64,000 nucleotides of DNA from an uncultured Methylomirabilota bacterium (GTDB lineage Bacteria; Methylomirabilota; Methylomirabilia; Methylomirabilales; 2-02-FULL-66-22): assembly GCA_963705305.1 (NCBI GenBank), contig OY970067.1, positions 224,001 through 288,000 of the forward strand, in the 5' to 3' direction. A program made the position numbers and the translations under genes. This document shows positions 59,476 through 64,000 of this stretch, piece after piece; positions within the stretch are counted from its first letter, which is position 1, and every line of letters starts with the position of its first letter. Below the pieces are notes generated by a model, which saw nothing but the letters and a program-made list of their open reading frames with translations, ran no database searches and had not been told where the DNA came from.

Positions 59476-59785
59476 CGGCGGAGGGATTCTGCCCCCTCCT
59501 CGACGCGAAAACGAGCCTGATTCATAGCTGAAATTGCGCGCCCCTGGCAAGGGAAATGCGGCGCCGGCAGCCAAAGGACTGGACCCGTGTCCGGTGGGGG
59601 AGAGTCTGGTGTGCTCCGGGGAGACCGGAGGCGGATCGTCCCCTGCACCGCGCCTGATTATGATCTACTCAGGAGAGCCCGACGCCGGCCGTCCAGCTCT
59701 TCCAGGATCGCCGGGCCGGTTCGCAGAGCGAGAGAAGGCCGGCCCTGCCGCCGGGGCTGCGTGCCGGCCGGAACGAGGGACCGCG

Positions 59786-60178
59786 TCAACGTGCGGGATT
59801 GCCAGGCGCTGCCGGCGGCCCTGCAGTCGATCCCTTGGGGGGCGCAGGCTCCGGCCGGGTCCGGTTGAGGAAATCGGCGTAGGATTCCGTGGGAATCGAG
59901 ACATCGGGCACGCGGAGGAACATCCCCTCCGTGATGCGGTTGGGATCCGGCAGCTGGTCCCGGTTGGCCTCCCAGATCCGCTCCCACTGCCGGCTGTCTC
60001 CATAGTAATACCCGGCTATCAGATGGAGATTGTCCCCCGGCCCTACCTCGTGGATGGCATCCTGATGCCGAGCCGGACCAGGGGCGCCCGCGGCGCTCGG
60101 CCCCCCGCCCAGAAGGGCCAGCGGAAAGAGAACGATGGCGAGACCCCACCGGAGCCGGCAGCGCGTTCGCACATCCAT
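59786..60178 (-). CDS. LysM domain protein with signal peptide
   Basis: HEVGPGDNLHLIAGYYYG...WERIWEANR...PNRITEGMFLRVP. Confidence 0.8.
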   Translation of the reverse strand: MDVRTRCRLRWGLAIVLFPLALLGGGPSAAGAPGPARHQDAIHEVGPGDNLHLIAGYYYGDSRQWERIWEANRDQLPDPNRITEGMFLRVPDVSIPTESYADFLNRTRPEPAPPKGSTAGPPAAPGNPAR

Positions 60179-60354
60179 GGCAAGCCTCCTTCCCCGGGTC
60201 CTTCCCTCTGGGGGCTGGACCGGTCTGCGGGCCCCGGCCCGGCACGCCGACCGGGCACCCGCCTGGGACCCTAGCGAACGCGGCGGGGCGTGTCAAGGCG
60301 CATAGGGAATCGAGTTCCGGGACACCGGGCCCGGAAAGGGGCGGCGCCGTGGGA

Positions 60355-60615
60355 TCAGGATCCGTCCCCGGCCAAGGCGGTGGCGGTGATCTCCACGTGG
60401 GCGCCGGCCGGGAGCCCCTTCACCTCCACTGTCGTTCGGCCCGGCGGGCTGGCCGTGAAATACTCGGCGTAGATCGCGTTCATCTTGTGAAATTCGCCCA
60501 GATCCGTCATAAAGACGAAGCCTCCGGCCCTGATCCCCTGCGAATATGGCCCCGCCGGCGGACCCGCCTTGTCCGTCTGGACGACGTGGATGGCCCTGCC
60601 CGTCCCCCGTGCCAT
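60355..60615 (-). pseudogene. RidA family protein with central deletion
   Basis: GPYSQG...GFVF joined directly to MTDLGEF...MNAIY...PPGRTTV...LP...VEI; the SGQ-containing middle part is missing. Confidence 0.7.
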
Positions 60616-60757
60616 GCTCCCGCCTCCTTTCACACCTGTGGATCGATTCATGTGCCCCCCGGCGAGGTCCCGGAGCGGTCGCATCCAGGCAAGGGGACCC
60701 GCCGCCCGGAGTGGAGAGGCCGGCGGCGTCCGGCCTGCGCAGATTGGCGACCGGAAT

Positions 60758-62068
60758 TCAGAGGATATTGGCGGCCAGCTCGGCGAGCTCGGAGCGTTCG
60801 CCCTTCAAGAGCTCGATGTGCGCGGCGATCGGCAGCGAACGGAACTTGCTCACCACGTAGTTGAAGCCGTTCGACGAGGAGTCCACGTACGGGTTGTCGA
60901 TCTGGTAGGGGTCGCCGGTGAGGACGATCTTCGTGCCGTGGCCCACGCGCGTGATGATGGTCTTGACTTCCAAGGGGGTGAGGTTCTGCGCCTCGTCCAC
61001 CACGATGAACTGGTTGGCGATGTTGCGCCCGCGGATGTAGCTCAGTGCCTCGATGGCGATCGTCCCGGAGCGCATCAGGTCCCCCGCTCGGCGCTGTTCG
61101 TTCCCCATGTTCAGGTCGCTCAGCATCTCCAGCGCGTCCTGGATCGGTTGCATCCAGGGCTCCAGTTTCTCCTCCAGGGAGCCGGGGAGGTACCCCAGCT
61201 CCCGTCCCATGGGGATGGTGGGCCGGGCCACCACCAGCCGCCGGTAGTCCCGATCCTGCACGGTCTTACGCAGGCCGGCGGCCAGGGCCAGGAGGGTCTT
61301 GCCCGTGCCGGCTTTCCCCATCAGCGTGACCAGCCGGATGCGCTCGTCCAGGAGGGCGTCGAAGGTGAAGTGCTGCTCCCGATTGCGGGGACGCACGCCC
61401 CACGCCCCTTCCCGGCTGTCCAGGATCGGCACCAGCCGGTCGCCCAGGCTCCCCACCCGGGCCAGGGCCGTCCGCTTCAGATTGGTCTCGTCGGTGAGCG
61501 TGCAGTACTCATTGGGGCTGTGCGGCCCGTTGCCGTTCAAGGGAAGCTCCCCCTGGACCCGGAAGGCCGCCATGGCCTCGGGACCCACCAGGAGCTCGAA
61601 CACGCCCCTGTACAGGTCCTGGATGTGAACGTGGTCGGTCTCGTAGTCCTCCGCCTGAAGGCCCACCGCGTCCGCCTTGATCCGGAGGTTGATGTCCTTG
61701 GTCACCAGGATGGTGGGAACGAGCGGATCGGCCTGCTGGATGTCGCGGGTCAGGGCGATCAGCCGGTCGTCCACGGTGGTGCCGTTCACCGTCACGGAGG
61801 GGTTGCCGTTCCGGCCGTGGAGGAGGATGCGGATCCGGCCGCCGGCGGGCAGGGCCACGCCTTCGCTCAGGCGTCCCTGGCCCCGCAAGGAATCGAGGAG
61901 CCGCGAGACGGCCCGGGCATTCTGGCCGCGGTCGCTGGACTCCCGCTTGAAGCGGTCGATCTCTTCGATGACCTCGATGGGAATGAGAATACTGTTTTCC
62001 TGGAAGCTGAGAAGGGAGTGGGGATCGTGGAGCAGGACGTTCGTGTCAAGAATGTAATTCTTGATCAA
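60758..62068 (-). CDS. PhoH family protein with N-terminal PIN domain (PhoH2-like)
   Basis: LDTNVLLHDP, TKDINLRIKA, GKAGTGKT, IRGR, DEAQN, GDPYQID; TTG start with GGAGGAG RBS. Confidence 0.9.
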   Translation of the reverse strand: MIKNYILDTNVLLHDPHSLLSFQENSILIPIEVIEEIDRFKRESSDRGQNARAVSRLLDSLRGQGRLSEGVALPAGGRIRILLHGRNGNPSVTVNGTTVDDRLIALTRDIQQADPLVPTILVTKDINLRIKADAVGLQAEDYETDHVHIQDLYRGVFELLVGPEAMAAFRVQGELPLNGNGPHSPNEYCTLTDETNLKRTALARVGSLGDRLVPILDSREGAWGVRPRNREQHFTFDALLDERIRLVTLMGKAGTGKTLLALAAGLRKTVQDRDYRRLVVARPTIPMGRELGYLPGSLEEKLEPWMQPIQDALEMLSDLNMGNEQRRAGDLMRSGTIAIEALSYIRGRNIANQFIVVDEAQNLTPLEVKTIITRVGHGTKIVLTGDPYQIDNPYVDSSSNGFNYVVSKFRSLPIAAHIELLKGERSELAELAANIL

Positions 62069-62255
62069 GGTTCGTTGGGCTCCTCCCGGCGCCGTCGTGC
62101 GTTCTGACCCCTCAATCGTTGGGGTAGTATACACTATGCGCGGGAGGTGTGACAAAATAGTTTCTGCTCTGTGAAGGTTTTCCCCGGAAAGCAAAAGGGT
62201 GAGGCGCCCGGCCCGGCGCCCCACCCCGTGTTGCCGCCCGCGAATAGCCGGCGAC

Positions 62256-63152
62256 CTACTTGGCCTGCTTCTTGACCTCGACCTGGGCTAGTTTCTCATA
62301 GAAGCGGATCATGGCCCCGTGGTCTGCATCACCCATACCGTCCACCTTGAGCGCCTGCATGATCTCCATCGCCACGGCTGTCAGCGGCAGCGGCGCGCCC
62401 ACCGCGTGGCCGGCCGCCAGGGCGTTGGCCAGGTCCTTGATGTGCAGGTTGATCCGAAAGCCGGGCTTGATATTCCGCGCCAGGGCCATGGGGGCCTTGG
62501 CGTTGAGCACTGTGCTGCCGGCGAGGCCGCCCTTGATGGCGTCGAACACCAGCTCGGCATCCACGCCCGCCTTGGTCGCCAGCACCAGGGCCTCGGACAT
62601 GGCCGCGATGTTCAGGGCCACGATGACCTGGTTGGCCAGCTTGGTCACGTTGCCGGCGCCGATGTCGCCGCAGCGAACCACGCTGGCCCCCATGCTCTTC
62701 AGGATCGGAAGCGCCTCGTCAAAATCCTTCTGGGCGCCCCCCACCATGATGGACAGGGTGCCGTCGATGGCCTTGGGCTCGCCCCCGCTGACCGGCGCGT
62801 CCAGGAAGCGGACGCCCTTCTTCTCGAGCGCGGCGCCGACCTCGCGGGCGACCATCGGGTCGATGGAGGACATATCCACCACCAGCGACCCTGCTTTCGC
62901 CCCCTCGATCACGCCCTTGGGCCCCAGCACCGCCTCCTTCACGTGCGGCGAGTTGGGCACGATGGTGATGACGAGCGGGCACTGCTCGGCGACCGCCCTG
63001 GGGGAGTCGACCCCCTTGGCCCCTGCCGCCACGACCTCTTTCACAGGAGCCGGGACGATGTCGTACACCACCAGCTCGTGCCCGGCCTTCAAGAGGTTCT
63101 TGCTCATGGGTTTGCCCATGATTCCCAATCCGATGAATCCGATCTTTGCCAT
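62256..63152 (-). CDS. garR: 2-hydroxy-3-oxopropionate (tartronate semialdehyde) reductase
   Basis: GFIGLGIMGKPM, DAPVSGGEPKA, KLANQVIVALN, PGFRINLHIKDL. Confidence 0.9.
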   Translation of the reverse strand: MAKIGFIGLGIMGKPMSKNLLKAGHELVVYDIVPAPVKEVVAAGAKGVDSPRAVAEQCPLVITIVPNSPHVKEAVLGPKGVIEGAKAGSLVVDMSSIDPMVAREVGAALEKKGVRFLDAPVSGGEPKAIDGTLSIMVGGAQKDFDEALPILKSMGASVVRCGDIGAGNVTKLANQVIVALNIAAMSEALVLATKAGVDAELVFDAIKGGLAGSTVLNAKAPMALARNIKPGFRINLHIKDLANALAAGHAVGAPLPLTAVAMEIMQALKVDGMGDADHGAMIRFYEKLAQVEVKKQAK

Positions 63153-63186
63153 ACCTGTGCCTCCTTTCCAGATGAGAATTCCGGTG

Positions 63187-63975
63187 TCAGGCCAGCTGGC
63201 ACCCGTACTCCTTGATCCAATCCAGGGAGTGCATCGTGTCGGGATTCGGGACGTACTCGCAGCCGACGAAGCCTCCGTACCCGAGATTGTCCAGCTCCGC
63301 GAAAAGGAACGGATAGTTGATCTCGCCCGTTCCGGGCTGGTGCCGCCCGGGGTTGTCCGCGATCTGGATGTGGTCGATCTTGGCAAGATGCTCCCGCAGC
63401 GTGGGGACCAGATTTCCCTCCTCCCGCTGGGCATGGTAGAGGTCGTACTGCACGAACACGTTGGGCCGCCCCACTTCGGCGATCACGTCCACGACCTCCT
63501 GGACGCGGTTGAGGAAGAAGCCGGGAATGTCGTAGTGGTTGATCGCCTCGATGATGAGCTTGACGCCGATCTCCTGGAGGGCGTCCGCGGCGAACCGCAG
63601 GTTCTCCACGAGGGTCTTCCGGTGCTCCTCCCGGGAGAAACCGGGAACCAGTTTGCCAGCCAGGCAGTTCAGGCGCGGGGCGCGGAGAACCTTGGCGTAT
63701 GAGACGGCGGTCTTGACGCCGGCCCGGAATTCCTCGATCCGGTTCGGGCTGGCGCCGATGCCGCGGTCGCCGGCGGCCCAATTGCCGGAGGGCAGATTGA
63801 ACAGGACGACCTGCAGGCCGTTCGCATCCAGCGCCTGCTTGACCTTCTCCGCCGGATGCTCATAGGGGAACAGGAACTCCACGTATTTGAACCCCGCCCG
63901 CTTCGCGGCGGCGAAGCGATCCAGGAACGGGACATCCGTGAACAGCATGGTCAGGTTAGCCGCTACTCTTGGCAT
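63187..63975 (-). CDS. hyi: Hydroxypyruvate isomerase
   Basis: ANLTMLF, VEFLFPY, EAIN, DLYHAQ, HIQIADNPGRHQPGTGEINY. Confidence 0.92.
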   Translation of the reverse strand: MPRVAANLTMLFTDVPFLDRFAAAKRAGFKYVEFLFPYEHPAEKVKQALDANGLQVVLFNLPSGNWAAGDRGIGASPNRIEEFRAGVKTAVSYAKVLRAPRLNCLAGKLVPGFSREEHRKTLVENLRFAADALQEIGVKLIIEAINHYDIPGFFLNRVQEVVDVIAEVGRPNVFVQYDLYHAQREEGNLVPTLREHLAKIDHIQIADNPGRHQPGTGEINYPFLFAELDNLGYGGFVGCEYVPNPDTMHSLDWIKEYGCQLA

Positions 63976-64000
63976 GCGCAATTCCTCCTTCACTCTGGAA

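Overview
GC-rich bacterial window with about 50 genes and no rRNA, tRNA or CRISPR array that I can recognise. From about 10.2 kb onward it is mostly ordinary metabolism: ThyX, a hydantoinase A/B pair, nitrilase, a DEAD/DEAH-DUF1998 helicase, MoeA, PiT/DUF47, an acyl-CoA dehydrogenase-ETF operon, E1 alpha/beta, IorAB-PaaK, PhoH, GarR and Hyi, with several intergenic repeat families. The first ~10 kb is unusual. Six co-oriented ~210-240 bp elements plus partial copies alternate almost one-to-one with unrelated cargo genes. Each element has imperfect terminal inverted repeats (consensus GGGGACGTTGCATTATCTGTCA ... TGACAGATAATGCAACGTCCCC) and carries a degenerate copy of the first ~40 codons of a REP-associated tyrosine (RAYT/Y1 HUH) transposase. 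The cargo is an enolase-family enzyme, a rhodanese, a probable selenocysteine DsbA/FrnE, an MFS transporter, a flavin-binding protein, a truncated ORF, an FRG protein and a HEPN/AbiU2-like protein, with a DUF4258-YgiT pair at the edge. The layout resembles an integron cassette array but is built from HUH-transposase remnants instead of attC sites. That interpretation is inference: no intact transposase lies in this window. All product calls come from motif recognition by eye, not database searches.
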